From positions 1 to 40,371 of the forward strand of contig CAYQPU010000013.1 in the NCBI GenBank assembly GCA_964419615.1: DNA of 40,371 nt, written 5' to 3'. Positions 1 to 9,733 of the stretch are shown here, one piece after another (position 1 is the stretch's first letter; every line of letters begins with the position of its first letter). Origin of the DNA: an uncultured Methanosarcinales archaeon. GTDB lineage: Archaea > Nanobdellota > Nanobdellia > Woesearchaeales > JAGVZT01. The notes below the pieces were generated by a model. It was not told the origin of the DNA and did no database searches. It saw only the letters and a list, made by a program, of their open reading frames with translations. A program made the position numbers and the translations under genes.

Positions 1-38
1 TTATCGTCTATAAATCAAAATCAGTGTGGATTTTTGTA

Positions 39-131
39 CTATTCTGGACAGGGCCCTAAAATGATTTTGTCAAGAATGTTTACAAATGAAAACAAGAATA
101 CACCTATAAGCATTAATATTATCCAGCTCAT
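39..131 (-). pseudogene. Possible 30-codon remnant resembling the N-terminal helix of an EamA/DMT-type membrane protein
   Basis: Hand translation MSWIILMLIGVFLFSFVNILDKIILGPCPE*. The ATG overlaps the upstream stop (ATGA). The hydrophobic helix followed by NILDK recalls EamA N-termini; family call is from memory only. Confidence 0.3.
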
Positions 132-289
132 TTTGGCATGTACCTTTCAAAGTCACATTTAGTGCAATGTATTTTGGTTTGCTTGGGATCAAATTTTAAG
201 CTTAGTTTGCCACATTTTGGGCATTTTTTCACTGGACTGATTAGTTCAAGATTGTCAAATAGTTCTTTGTATGGATCAGGTGTTTGCAT
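128..289 (-). CDS. Small zinc-ribbon protein, 53 aa (not in ORF track)
   Basis: MQTPDPYKELFDNLELISPVKKCPKCGKLSLKFDPKQTKIHCTKCDFERYMPK; CPKC...CTKC pairs; TATA-like TTTATATA about 25 nt upstream. Confidence 0.7.
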   Translation of the reverse strand: MQTPDPYKELFDNLELISPVKKCPKCGKLSLKFDPKQTKIHCTKCDFERYMPK

Positions 290-378
290 TCATTAATTTA
301 GTGATAGATTGATATATAAACCTTGTGATGAGGTTTTTTAGGTAAGACTTATATACAATAAAACACTTTTTTCACTGT

Positions 379-2799
379 ATGGTTAAGATTAAGTTTTACC
401 CAACAAGTGTATCATATAAAATAGTAAATGATGCTGCTGTTGTCCAAGTTTATGGAAAGACTTTGGATGGAGATCGCATTTGTGTTCAAGATGCTAGTTT
501 TGAACCTTATTTACTTGTATTAGTTAAAGATACAGATGCTGCAAAGCAGGATATTGAAGATACAAGAATTATGGATGATGATAGAAGAATTCCTATTACC
601 CATATTGAAGCTGTTGAAAGAAAGTATCTTAATCAAAATCTTAAGATGCTTAAACTGAGTACAAAGAATCCAAAGGATGTTCCCAAGATCAAATCAGAAC
701 TTAAAGAAAAATATGGAATTTTTGAACATGATCTTAAGTTTGTTAGAAGATATTTGATTGACAAAAATATAATCCCTTTGGTTTTAACTGAGGCTGAAGG
801 CGAGTTTATTAATCAAAAGTCAAGGGTTTCTGTTATGAATGCAATATCTGTTGTGCAAAGTTCAACAGAAATTATGGAAAACCTTAGAGTTTTGGCTGTT
901 GATATTGAGACTTATAATCCCAGAGGAAAACATGTTGATCCTGAAAAAGACCCGATTATTATGATTGCTTTGTATGGTCAAGATTATGAAAAAGTGATTG
1001 TTACAAAGAAATTTGAAACAGATTTGGATTATATTGAATTTGTAGAAGATGAGGCAGAACTGTTAATTAGGTTTAAGGAAGCTGTTTTAGAGTATAAACC
1101 AGATTGTATAACTGGTTATTATTCTGATGCTTTTGACTTACCTTATATTGAAAAAAGAGCAGTTAAAAATAATGTGAGATTAAGTATTGGACTTGATCAC
1201 AGCCAGATTAAGGTTAGAAGAGGTAGGAGAACAACAGCAAGGATTCATGGGATCATTCATTTTGATGTGTTCCAGTTTATTAGAAAAGCATTTAGTACAA
1301 CTCTTGATTCACCAAGATATAGCCTTGGTGAGGTTGCTCATGAGTTAATTGGAGCAACAAAAGATGATGTTGATCTAAATAAGCTAGCAAAAGTGTATGA
1401 TGAGAAACCAGAAGAGTTGGAGATTTACTGCAAATATAATTTGAGAGATTCTGAACTTACTTTCAAGCTTGCAGAGACATTAATGCCCAACTTAATTGAG
1501 CTTATTAAAGCTGTTGGTTTACCTTTGTATGATGTGTCAAGAATGGGTTTTTCTCAGCTTGTTGAGTGGTATCTTATCAGAAGAGCAAAGGATTTTAATG
1601 AGCTGGTTCCAAATAGACCCTCTAGTACTGAACTAAAGTCAAGAAAGGATAGAACGTATAAAGGTGCTTTTGTTTATAAACCTAGTCCTGGTTTGTATGA
1701 AAATATTGTGATTTCTGATTTTCGAAGCCTGTATCCAACAATTATTACAACTCACAACATAAGTCCAGATACATTAAACTGCAAGTGTTGTGAAGGTAAA
1801 AACCAGGTTCCTGGTGAAGATTACTGGTTTTGTGAAAATAAAAAAGGTTTTATCTCAACTGTTATTTCTGAGCTTATTACAAGAAGGCAGAGGATTAATG
1901 AGATTATTAAGGATAAACAGTCTAAGATATTGTTTGCCAGACAATATGCAATTAAAACAATTGCAAACGCTATGTATGGGTATCTTGGTTTTTATATTAG
2001 CAGGTGGTATTGTATTGAGTGTGCAGAGTCAATTACTTCTTATGGTAGGTATTACATTCAATTGCTGATAGATCAAGCAAAAGAGCAGAATTTTAAAATT
2101 CTTTATGGAGATACAGATTCTATTTTCCTTGCTCTGGAAGATAAGACAAGAAAAGATGCTGAAAAGTTTATAGAATCAATTAACCATAAATTACCTGAAC
2201 TTATGGAGCTTGAATTTGAGGGTTTTTATCCAAGAGGTATTTTTGTTTCAGCTAAGATGGCTCAATATGGAGCAAAGAAAAAATATGCACTTTTGTCAGA
2301 ACAAGGGGATATAAAGATCACAGGTTTTGAGACTGTAAGAAGAAATATTTCACCAATTGCTAAGAAAACCCAGGAGAAGGTGCTAAGTTTTGTGCTTAAG
2401 GATAATGATACAAAGAAAGCTTTAGATTATGTTAAAGGTGTTGTAGATAAACTTCGAAAAAACCAGGTACAAATGAAGGAGCTGATTATTCACACTCAGA
2501 TGCAAAAGGAAATCTCAGAGTATCAATCAATTGGACCACACGTTGCAGTTGCCAAGATTCTCAAACAAAAAGGATTTGATATTGGTCCAGGAACTATTAT
2601 AAGATATATTATTTCAGATGAAGGAGACAAAATAAGAGATCGGGCCAGATTGCCTGAAGATTGCAAGAATTATGATGAAAATTATTATGTTAATAACCAA
2701 GTTGTGCCTTCTGTGGAGAAGATATTTGAGGTTTTAGGGTATTCTAAAGAGGATTTGCTAGCAAGTTTAGATCAAAAAAAGCTGGATAAGTTTTTCTAA
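379..2799 (+). CDS. polB: Family B DNA polymerase
   Basis: Exonuclease DIETY, polymerase motifs DFRSLYP, KTIANAMYG and YGDTDS, C-terminal PIP-like QKKLDKFF; no intein-sized insertion. Confidence 0.97.
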   Translation: MVKIKFYPTSVSYKIVNDAAVVQVYGKTLDGDRICVQDASFEPYLLVLVKDTDAAKQDIEDTRIMDDDRRIPITHIEAVERKYLNQNLKMLKLSTKNPKDVPKIKSELKEKYGIFEHDLKFVRRYLIDKNIIPLVLTEAEGEFINQKSRVSVMNAISVVQSSTEIMENLRVLAVDIETYNPRGKHVDPEKDPIIMIALYGQDYEKVIVTKKFETDLDYIEFVEDEAELLIRFKEAVLEYKPDCITGYYSDAFDLPYIEKRAVKNNVRLSIGLDHSQIKVRRGRRTTARIHGIIHFDVFQFIRKAFSTTLDSPRYSLGEVAHELIGATKDDVDLNKLAKVYDEKPEELEIYCKYNLRDSELTFKLAETLMPNLIELIKAVGLPLYDVSRMGFSQLVEWYLIRRAKDFNELVPNRPSSTELKSRKDRTYKGAFVYKPSPGLYENIVISDFRSLYPTIITTHNISPDTLNCKCCEGKNQVPGEDYWFCENKKGFISTVISELITRRQRINEIIKDKQSKILFARQYAIKTIANAMYGYLGFYISRWYCIECAESITSYGRYYIQLLIDQAKEQNFKILYGDTDSIFLALEDKTRKDAEKFIESINHKLPELMELEFEGFYPRGIFVSAKMAQYGAKKKYALLSEQGDIKITGFETVRRNISPIAKKTQEKVLSFVLKDNDTKKALDYVKGVVDKLRKNQVQMKELIIHTQMQKEISEYQSIGPHVAVAKILKQKGFDIGPGTIIRYIISDEGDKIRDRARLPEDCKNYDENYYVNNQVVPSVEKIFEVLGYSKEDLLASLDQKKLDKFF

Positions 2800-2947
2800 G
2801 TTGATTAGTAAGATATATATATACTATATTACATAGTAAATCAAATACAGATGTGTCACTGTCTAGTTATCAGTAAATAATATATACCGAGAATTTCTGG
2901 TGGTTTAATAATGTAATTAGAAGTAGAGTTGGCTAGAGGTATAAAGA

Positions 2948-4138
2948 GTGAAAATATTCATGCTGGGCTGGGAATTTCCGCCCCACCATTCAGGAGGTTT
3001 AGGTACTGCCTGTTATGGACTAACAAAAGGACTGTCAAAAGAGGGGGTAGAAGTGACTTTTGTGTTACCTAGCTTAAAAGAGAATATTGAAGCAGAATTT
3101 GTCAAACTAATGGGAGCTAATGTTCAGATGAAAAGAGTTAATTCACTTTTAAAAGGATATATGACTTCAGGTTCATACTCAACCTATAAATTAGGTCTAA
3201 AGGAAAACAGCGCTAATCAATATGGAAAGAACCTAATTGATGAAGTACACAGATATGCAGCAAAAATTACTATGGTTGCAGGTTTGGAGGAATTTGACTT
3301 AATTCATGCTCATGATTGGCTGACTTTTCCAGCAGCAATTGAAGTTAAAAAATCAAGCGGAAAACCATTAGTTGTTCATGTACATGCAACTGAGTTTGAC
3401 AGGTGCGCTGGTGAGAATATCAATCAAGTTGTTTATGATATTGAAAGAAAAGGTATGCATCTTGCTGATACAATTATTACTGTTAGTAATTTTACCAAAT
3501 CTCAGATTACAAAATACTATGGAATTGATCCTGACAAGGTTACTGTTGTTCACAATGGCGTGGATATGAAATACAAACCTGTCCAAGATGGAATTGCTTT
3601 ATCTGAGACAGATCAGATTGTTTTGTTTTTAGGAAGAATTACTGTGCAAAAAGGTCCTGAATATTTCCTTAGAGCTGCAAAACAAGTTCTTGAATTCTTG
3701 CCTGATGTGAAGTTTGTGATTGCTGGTTCAGGTGATATGGAAGATTATGTAATGCAAAGAGCAGCAGAGATGGGACTTGGTAAGAATGTTATGTTTACTG
3801 GATTTTTGAGAGGAAGAGATATTGATAGAGCTTATCAAATGGCTGATGTTTATATTATGCCTTCTGTTTCAGAGCCATTTGGTATTACCCCATTAGAGGC
3901 TATGATGAATAATACACCAACTATCATTTCAAAACAGTCTGGTGTTTCAGAGGTTGTGAATCATGCATTAAAAGTTGATTTTTGGGATGTTAATGAACTG
4001 ACTAACCAAATTATTGGAATTCTCCACCATAAACCTCTTTCTAAAACCTTGATTAACAACGGATTTGACGAAATTTTCAGAATTAACTGGGTTGAGTCTG
4101 CTAAGAAATGCATTAATGTATATGAGAGGTTTGCATAA
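2948..4138 (+). CDS. GT4-family (GT-B) glycosyltransferase, glycogen-synthase-like
   Basis: N-terminal LGWEFPP...GGLG, HAHDW and PSVSEPFGITPLEAM; GTG start. Confidence 0.9.
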   Translation: MKIFMLGWEFPPHHSGGLGTACYGLTKGLSKEGVEVTFVLPSLKENIEAEFVKLMGANVQMKRVNSLLKGYMTSGSYSTYKLGLKENSANQYGKNLIDEVHRYAAKITMVAGLEEFDLIHAHDWLTFPAAIEVKKSSGKPLVVHVHATEFDRCAGENINQVVYDIERKGMHLADTIITVSNFTKSQITKYYGIDPDKVTVVHNGVDMKYKPVQDGIALSETDQIVLFLGRITVQKGPEYFLRAAKQVLEFLPDVKFVIAGSGDMEDYVMQRAAEMGLGKNVMFTGFLRGRDIDRAYQMADVYIMPSVSEPFGITPLEAMMNNTPTIISKQSGVSEVVNHALKVDFWDVNELTNQIIGILHHKPLSKTLINNGFDEIFRINWVESAKKCINVYERFA

Positions 4139-5364
4139 TGGTTGATATTTGTTTTTATTTCCAGGTTCACCAACCATATAGATTAAACAAGTTTAGTGTT
4201 TTTGATATTGGCAAGGGAAAAGAGTATTTTAATACTGACAAGAATAGAGAGATTTTAAAGAAAGTTGCTAAGAAATGTTATCTTCCTATGAATAATGTTC
4301 TAATGAGTTTGATTCACAGACATGATGTTAAGTTTAGTTTTTCTTTTTCAGGAGTTGTGCTTGATCAGTTTGAAGAGTTTGCTCCACAGGTGCTTGAATC
4401 TTTCCAAGAATTAGTTAAGACTGGAAATGTTGAGGTTTTAGATGAGACTTATTACCATTCACTTGCGTTTTTGTATTCAAAAGATGAGTTTAAAGGCCAG
4501 GTTTTAGCTCATAAAAAGAAAATGAAAAAGCTTTTTGGAAAAGTTCCGAAAGTTTTCAGAAACACTGAATTAATTTACAATAATGAGCTGGCAAAGTTTG
4601 TTGAAGATATGGGTTATACAGGGATTCTGGCTGAGGGTGCGGATCATATTCTTGGTTGGAGATCACCAAATTTCTTGTACAAACCCAAAGGGTGTAGCAA
4701 ACTTAAGTTGCTGTTAAAGAATTATAAACTCAGTGATGATATTGCTTTCAGATTTTCTGAGAGATCATGGAATGAATGGCCTTTGACTGCTCCAAAGTTT
4801 GCTAAATGGGTTAACGCTACTAATGGAAATGGGAATACCATAAATCTTTTTATGGATTATGAAACTTTTGGAGAGCATCAATGGAGCACTACAGGAATTT
4901 TTAAGTTTATGAACCATTTACCAGATGAATTGTTAAAGCATCCAGATAACAAGTTTGTGACACCATCTGAACTAATAAAAAATTATGATCCTGTTGCAGA
5001 ACTTGATATTCATCATCCTGTTTCCTGGGCAGATGTTGAGAGAGATCTTAGTGCCTGGGTAGGTAATCCAATTCAGAATTCTGCAATAAAGGAAATTTAT
5101 AAAATCGGAGAGCTTATCAAAGGATCTAAGAAAAAAGTATTATTAGAAACTTGGAAGAAATTACAAACTAGTGATCATTTTTATTATATGTGCACCAAAT
5201 GGTTTAATGATGGGGATGTCCACAAGTATTTTAACCCTTATGATAATCCATATGATGCTTTTATTTCATTTATGAATATTATGAATGATATGGTTTTAAG
5301 GATCAAAGAAGTAGAAGATCCAAAACCAAATGAGATTTTTGCTCAGGCAAAAGCTCTAATTTAA
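4138..5364 (+). CDS. Glycoside hydrolase family 57 (alpha-amylase-like)
   Basis: FQVHQP, ETYYHS, FRNTELIY, MDYETFGEH and SWAD motifs; TAATG overlap with the GT4 stop. Confidence 0.92.
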   Translation: MVDICFYFQVHQPYRLNKFSVFDIGKGKEYFNTDKNREILKKVAKKCYLPMNNVLMSLIHRHDVKFSFSFSGVVLDQFEEFAPQVLESFQELVKTGNVEVLDETYYHSLAFLYSKDEFKGQVLAHKKKMKKLFGKVPKVFRNTELIYNNELAKFVEDMGYTGILAEGADHILGWRSPNFLYKPKGCSKLKLLLKNYKLSDDIAFRFSERSWNEWPLTAPKFAKWVNATNGNGNTINLFMDYETFGEHQWSTTGIFKFMNHLPDELLKHPDNKFVTPSELIKNYDPVAELDIHHPVSWADVERDLSAWVGNPIQNSAIKEIYKIGELIKGSKKKVLLETWKKLQTSDHFYYMCTKWFNDGDVHKYFNPYDNPYDAFISFMNIMNDMVLRIKEVEDPKPNEIFAQAKALI

Positions 5365-5365
5365 A

Positions 5366-5644
5366 ATGGCAAAAAAAAGAGGGAAGGCTAGCATAAAGCC
5401 AGACCTATATTTTGTTCTGGCTGATGGTAAACCTATTAAGAATCTTTTAGAATTAGTGGATGCACTTGATGATATTAGTGATGATACTTTCATGAGTCAT
5501 GTAAATGAATGTAAAAATGATTTCTCAGCTTGGATTAGCAATGTATTTGGGGAACATGAACTAGCTAAGTTAGTTGGAAAATTAAAAACTAGACAAACCA
5601 TTCAAATTTGTGTCTTGAGGCATTTAGTACTAAAGAGGATATAA
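5366..5644 (+). CDS. DUF5752-like small protein, paralog 1 (soluble)
   Basis: HVxxxKNDFxxW motif shared with the next two ORFs; DUF5752 assignment recalled, not searched. Confidence 0.7.
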   Translation: MAKKRGKASIKPDLYFVLADGKPIKNLLELVDALDDISDDTFMSHVNECKNDFSAWISNVFGEHELAKLVGKLKTRQTIQICVLRHLVLKRI

Positions 5645-6348
5645 TGGCAAAAAAATTAAATCTTGCCAGAGCACGTGGAATATTAAGGGTAGTTGGAAAT
5701 AGAGAGTGTTTTTGGCTTTGCACAAATCAAAATTTAAGAAGCTTAAATACCATGGCTGATGCTCTTGATAAAGCAAGTGATGATGTTTTTAGATATCATG
5801 TTAATAAATATAAGAATGATTTTAGTGATTGGGTTAAGGAGATTATTGGGGATAATGATTTTGCTAGAGAGATCTCAAGAATTAAAACTAAAGATACTTT
5901 GGTTAGAAAGATTCAGGAAAAAGTTGCTGAATCAAAAACAATAGTGAAAAAATATAAAGTTGCAAGTGATAAAAGAAAGAAAACAAGTAAGAAAATTACT
6001 AGAAAGAAAGCAAAGAAAAAACCAAAGTTACGAAAGATAACTAAAAAGAGAAAAAAGAAAACTACTAAGAAGAAGATTAAAAGAGTTGTTAAAAAGAAAC
6101 CTAAGAAGAAAGTTGTTAAAAGGAAAAAACCTAAAAAGAAGGCTGCCGTAAAAAAGAGAAAAAAGAAAACTGTAAAGAAAAAGGTGAAAAGAGCTGTAAA
6201 AAGGAAGCCTAAGAAAAAAGCTGCTAAAGTAAAAAAGAGACCTAAACCAAAAAGAAAAAAATTGTTAAAAAAGAAAAAAGTTAAAAAACCAGCAAAGAAA
6301 CCAATAAAAAAGAAAACAAAGAAAAGAAAAAAATCAAAAAAGAGGTGA
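5644..6348 (+). CDS. DUF5752-like domain fused to a 125-aa Lys/Arg-rich, histone-H1-like tail (paralog 2)
   Basis: Start reset to ATG 5644 (TAATG overlap). HVNKYKNDFSDW motif. The last 125 residues have 71 K and 13 R by hand count, and no D or E. Confidence 0.75.
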   Translation: MAKKLNLARARGILRVVGNRECFWLCTNQNLRSLNTMADALDKASDDVFRYHVNKYKNDFSDWVKEIIGDNDFAREISRIKTKDTLVRKIQEKVAESKTIVKKYKVASDKRKKTSKKITRKKAKKKPKLRKITKKRKKKTTKKKIKRVVKKKPKKKVVKRKKPKKKAAVKKRKKKTVKKKVKRAVKRKPKKKAAKVKKRPKPKRKKLLKKKKVKKPAKKPIKKKTKKRKKSKKR

Positions 6349-6352
6349 AATT

Positions 6353-6718
6353 TTGTCAAGTTTTAAGTTGCATAGGACCACAATTGAATTGCATACACTT
6401 GCTGAATTAGCTGAAGCTTTTGAGATAATGAGCGATGTGAGTTATGATCATCATGTAACTAAGGAAAAGAATGATTTTGCTGTTTGGGTTAAAGAGACTT
6501 TAGACAATAAAGAGCTTGCATCAAAGCTTTCATCTGCTAAAGAGAGGAAAAAAGCTCTTCAAATTGTTAAGAAACAATTGGGTAAACAAGAATCAAGTAA
6601 GGCTCCTGAGATTGCCAGCAAATTATTTTATATTGGTCTTGCTCTTGGAATTGCCTTGGGTGTAATTCTCACAATTTTTTATATTAGAATAATTGCAGCA
6701 TATTTGTATTATATTTAA
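6353..6718 (+). CDS. DUF5752-like domain with C-terminal transmembrane helix (paralog 3)
   Basis: HVTKEKNDFAVW motif; hydrophobic LFYIGLALGIALGVILTIFYI; GAGGTGA ribosome-binding site before the TTG start. Confidence 0.65.
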   Translation: MSSFKLHRTTIELHTLAELAEAFEIMSDVSYDHHVTKEKNDFAVWVKETLDNKELASKLSSAKERKKALQIVKKQLGKQESSKAPEIASKLFYIGLALGIALGVILTIFYIRIIAAYLYYI

Positions 6719-6735
6719 TTATTTATAAAAAATTA

Positions 6736-7518
6736 TTATTCAATTAGATGAGTTTCCCTGATTAGGCTATTTCTCATTAGTATAGCTTCATTTTGAGGTA
6801 AACCACTTCTAACTGCACTGATATAATCCTGCATTTGTTGAATGTTAATGGGATCAAATTCTTGGACTTCCTCTGGCTCCTCGATTTCTTCAAATAACCT
6901 ACTCATTATATAATTTTGTATGTACCCTGCATTTAATATGATATTTAGTGGACCATATTCCACATTTTCATTAGAGTATATGTGTGATGCTCCAAAACCG
7001 TGCCCTGCTTCATGAGAAATCAGATTTGCTAGCTGAATTACACTTAGTTTTCCAAAGATACCATCATGACAAATAAAACCTAAACTTCTTTCAGATGTTT
7101 GAGGATCATAAGGGGATTTGGTAATCTCTCTAAGAATGGTGTATAACTGAGAGTTCAGGAAATAATCTCCAAGGAAATTGTACGGAAATTCTGCGGATAA
7201 AAATTTTTCATGTTCATCTGGTAATAATGCAATATTCAACTCAATAATATTTTCAACTTGTTCTTGGGTAAAACAATCTCTAATAACAAATTTTCCATCA
7301 AATCCTTTTGTAAAGGGATCCTCATTATTGAAGACAAATAATAGAACATCCAAATCTCCAAGATCAGGAAACTCATTTTGATTAAGAACTCTTAAGGAAC
7401 TGAAACCAAAACCTGCTAAGCTATATTGGTCTCTAACTATGCCAAGTGTATCTTCTAATTTGCTTTTTTCAACCTGAGGTGTATGTGGGTACAGGTAAAG
7501 ATTCCCTAGAGCTGTCAT
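6736..7518 (-). CDS. Putative metzincin-type zinc metalloprotease
   Basis: HEAGHGFGASH fits HExxHxxGxxH; a downstream Met (YIMS) could be the Met-turn. Confidence 0.6.
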   Translation of the reverse strand: MTALGNLYLYPHTPQVEKSKLEDTLGIVRDQYSLAGFGFSSLRVLNQNEFPDLGDLDVLLFVFNNEDPFTKGFDGKFVIRDCFTQEQVENIIELNIALLPDEHEKFLSAEFPYNFLGDYFLNSQLYTILREITKSPYDPQTSERSLGFICHDGIFGKLSVIQLANLISHEAGHGFGASHIYSNENVEYGPLNIILNAGYIQNYIMSRLFEEIEEPEEVQEFDPINIQQMQDYISAVRSGLPQNEAILMRNSLIRETHLIE

Positions 7519-7647
7519 TGATTTACTAAATAGTGTATTGTTTATAAAACTTATTGTTTTGTAATTACTATCGAGTTACACTGAACCAACCAAGATGTAA
7601 TTCTAATTAATTGATTATTTGATATAATAATTAATTAAAGAAATTAT

Positions 7648-8247
7648 TTAACGACTTGCATCTGCTTGTCTTTCTATGTCTCTTTTCTTTGCAATTGCAT
7701 TTGAATTTGCACTGAATTCAACAGCTTCCAAGATCTCTTCTGCTAGTGATGAAGATGCTGATTTCTTTTTTGCAAAACATCTTGTATATGTTCCTTGTAC
7801 AATATGTTTTAGAGCTAAATCAATTCTTCTTTGTGGAGAACATTCAGTTGCCTTTGGATATCTTGCACCACCATATTCAATTGTGACTATTTCATCTCTT
7901 GGTGCTGCATTTTCCACAGCTTGCACAACAACTTTTATTGGGTTCTGCTTTGTTTTTTCCTCAATAATTGTTAGTGCTTCATAAACTATTTTGTACGCTT
8001 GGTTAGCTTTTCCAGTATTGTGGCCAGAAGATCTAGCATGTTTTTTTCCTTTATGGCCTGCAACCATTAATCTGTTGATTAATCTTTCAATTATGAATGT
8101 TTTTGATTTATGGAACCTTGATTTGGCATATCTTGCTCCAGTCTTTGGAATTATTTTGGCATCCAAATTGATGTAGCCTACTAGGCCAGGATCATTAATT
8201 GTTATACCATTTGTATCCCATTTATTAAATGCCTTAACTTCGCTCAT
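7648..8247 (-). CDS. rps7: 30S ribosomal protein uS7
   Basis: MSEVKAFNKW...VENAAPRDE...SPQRRIDLAL...; start reset to ATG 8247, 199 aa. Confidence 0.97.
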   Translation of the reverse strand: MSEVKAFNKWDTNGITINDPGLVGYINLDAKIIPKTGARYAKSRFHKSKTFIIERLINRLMVAGHKGKKHARSSGHNTGKANQAYKIVYEALTIIEEKTKQNPIKVVVQAVENAAPRDEIVTIEYGGARYPKATECSPQRRIDLALKHIVQGTYTRCFAKKKSASSSLAEEILEAVEFSANSNAIAKKRDIERQADASR

Positions 8248-8269
8248 GGTAGAAGTGAATATATACTGG

Positions 8270-8284
8270 TTTTTAAAGCTTTTT
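8270..8284 (-). promoter_or_regulatory. BRE-TATA promoter of rps7 (probably near-leaderless)
   Basis: AAAAAGC-TTTAAAAA ending 23 nt before the ATG. Confidence 0.55.
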
Positions 8285-8303
8285 GTTTTTGTGAAATGCA
8301 AAT

Positions 8304-8876
8304 TTAGCTTAATTGACCACCAAGAAAGGTCTGTAAAACCATTATAAGACCAGATACTATTACCATTCCAATATAAACCACTTTGTTCCAAGCAAGTATT
8401 TTTTGACCATCGAAGCTTGGGAAAGGTAATAAATTGAATACTGCTAACCAACTGTTAATTATCATGCCAAGAAAAGCTATTTGAGGAAAGACTCCAAGTG
8501 TGACAAATACTAAGAATAAAAGTGCAAGTATTATGTTTGTTGCAGGGCCAGCTGCAGATATTTTTCCACTCTGTTGCAAACTTACTCTTCCTAGTATGAA
8601 CACTGCACCTGGTGCTAAAAATAATAATGAGAAGAATGATAATACAACTCCAAATAATAACATTGAATCATTACTTCTAAATTCTGCTGCACAGCCATAT
8701 TTTTGGGCAACAAATTTATGAGCTAGCTCATGTAGAATAAAACCTAGTCCTATTGTTATTGTTGAAAAAATCAGAGTTGAAAATTCGAGTTTTAGACCTT
8801 GAAATATTGTAAAAGCTAATGAAACAAAAATCCATGATTTGACAAGGTCAATAATTTCTTTTTTAGAAAATTTCAC
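8304..8876 (-). CDS. Peptidase M50 (site-2 protease-like) membrane metalloprotease
   Basis: HELAH, AGP and [11 protein letters not shown] motifs; several TM helices; GTG start overlaps the rps12 stop (GTGA). Confidence 0.87.
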   Translation of the reverse strand: MKFSKKEIIDLVKSWIFVSLAFTIFQGLKLEFSTLIFSTITIGLGFILHELAHKFVAQKYGCAAEFRSNDSMLLFGVVLSFFSLLFLAPGAVFILGRVSLQQSGKISAAGPATNIILALLFLVFVTLGVFPQIAFLGMIINSWLAVFNLLPFPSFDGQKILAWNKVVYIGMVIVSGLIMVLQTFLGGQLS

Positions 8877-9310
8877 TTTCTTGCTTTTTCAAGTTTACCT
8901 GCTAGCAAAGCTTCTAGACTCTGGTCATTGACTTTGATAACATGCCATCTAACTCCAGGAATGTCGCCTTTAGCCCGACCTTTGTTTCCACCAATGCATT
9001 CAATCATAACTTCGTCATGTTCATCAATTAATTTTGTTGCTCCATCTCCTGGAGTAAAGGCAGTGACTTGCTTGCCTGTTTTAACCAATTGGACTCTAAC
9101 ACATTTTCTCATACCAGAATGAGGCTGCTTTGCTTCAAGCTGTGTTTTTTCCAGGACAATACCTTTAGCTTGGGATGTTCCTCCAAGTGGATCAGATTTT
9201 GCTTTTAGTCTTAATACTCTTCTTTTGTACCATGGGTTTTTCCATACGTACTTACTTCTTCTTTTTTTAAGTTTTCTTGCAGAGTTTAAGCCTCTTGATT
9301 TCTTTCCCAT
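8873..9310 (-). CDS. rps12: 30S ribosomal protein uS12
   Basis: [25 protein letters not shown]. Confidence 0.97.
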   Translation of the reverse strand: MGKKSRGLNSARKLKKRRSKYVWKNPWYKRRVLRLKAKSDPLGGTSQAKGIVLEKTQLEAKQPHSGMRKCVRVQLVKTGKQVTAFTPGDGATKLIDEHDEVMIECIGGNKGRAKGDIPGVRWHVIKVNDQSLEALLAGKLEKARK

Positions 9311-9311
9311 T

Positions 9312-9731
9312 TCATATAACCTTGATTTCCTTTATGTCAAAGTACCTTTTTACAATACTTGTATTATTTTGAAGATTTTGACCGTTTTTTCCAATCAAAA
9401 TTCCTCTTGTTTGAGTGTTCTCACCTTTTATGGTAATTACACCGTCTTTTTCCTGTATATCCTTTATTTGCAAAGGATAAGTCAAATTTTTAATAAATTG
9501 TGATAGATTGGGGGTGAAACCCACTATTTTAATCTTTCTGTTTAATAGTTTTTCAATTTTTTTAACATACACAGCATTCTTTCCAACTGCTTTTCGAAGC
9601 AAGTGTTGTTCGACCACAAAAAGCAGTTTCCCTGAGTCATCCTCAAAACAGTCCTTTAATGGAGTGTGAGTGATCTGCTCAAATAGTGACATGATCTTCA
9701 TTAAATTTGCATCGTATTTTATTGATTTCAT
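9312..9731 (-). CDS. nusA: Archaeal NusA (two KH domains)
   Basis: KAVGKNA and IGKNGQN KH loops; conserved position between eL30 and uS12. Confidence 0.9.
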   Translation of the reverse strand: MKSIKYDANLMKIMSLFEQITHTPLKDCFEDDSGKLLFVVEQHLLRKAVGKNAVYVKKIEKLLNRKIKIVGFTPNLSQFIKNLTYPLQIKDIQEKDGVITIKGENTQTRGILIGKNGQNLQNNTSIVKRYFDIKEIKVI

Positions 9732-9733
9732 GT

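Noticed and set aside
5913-6359. 148-aa Phe/Leu-rich minus-strand ORF that looks like a membrane protein
   Set aside because: It is the antisense shadow of the AAA/AAG-rich lysine tail.
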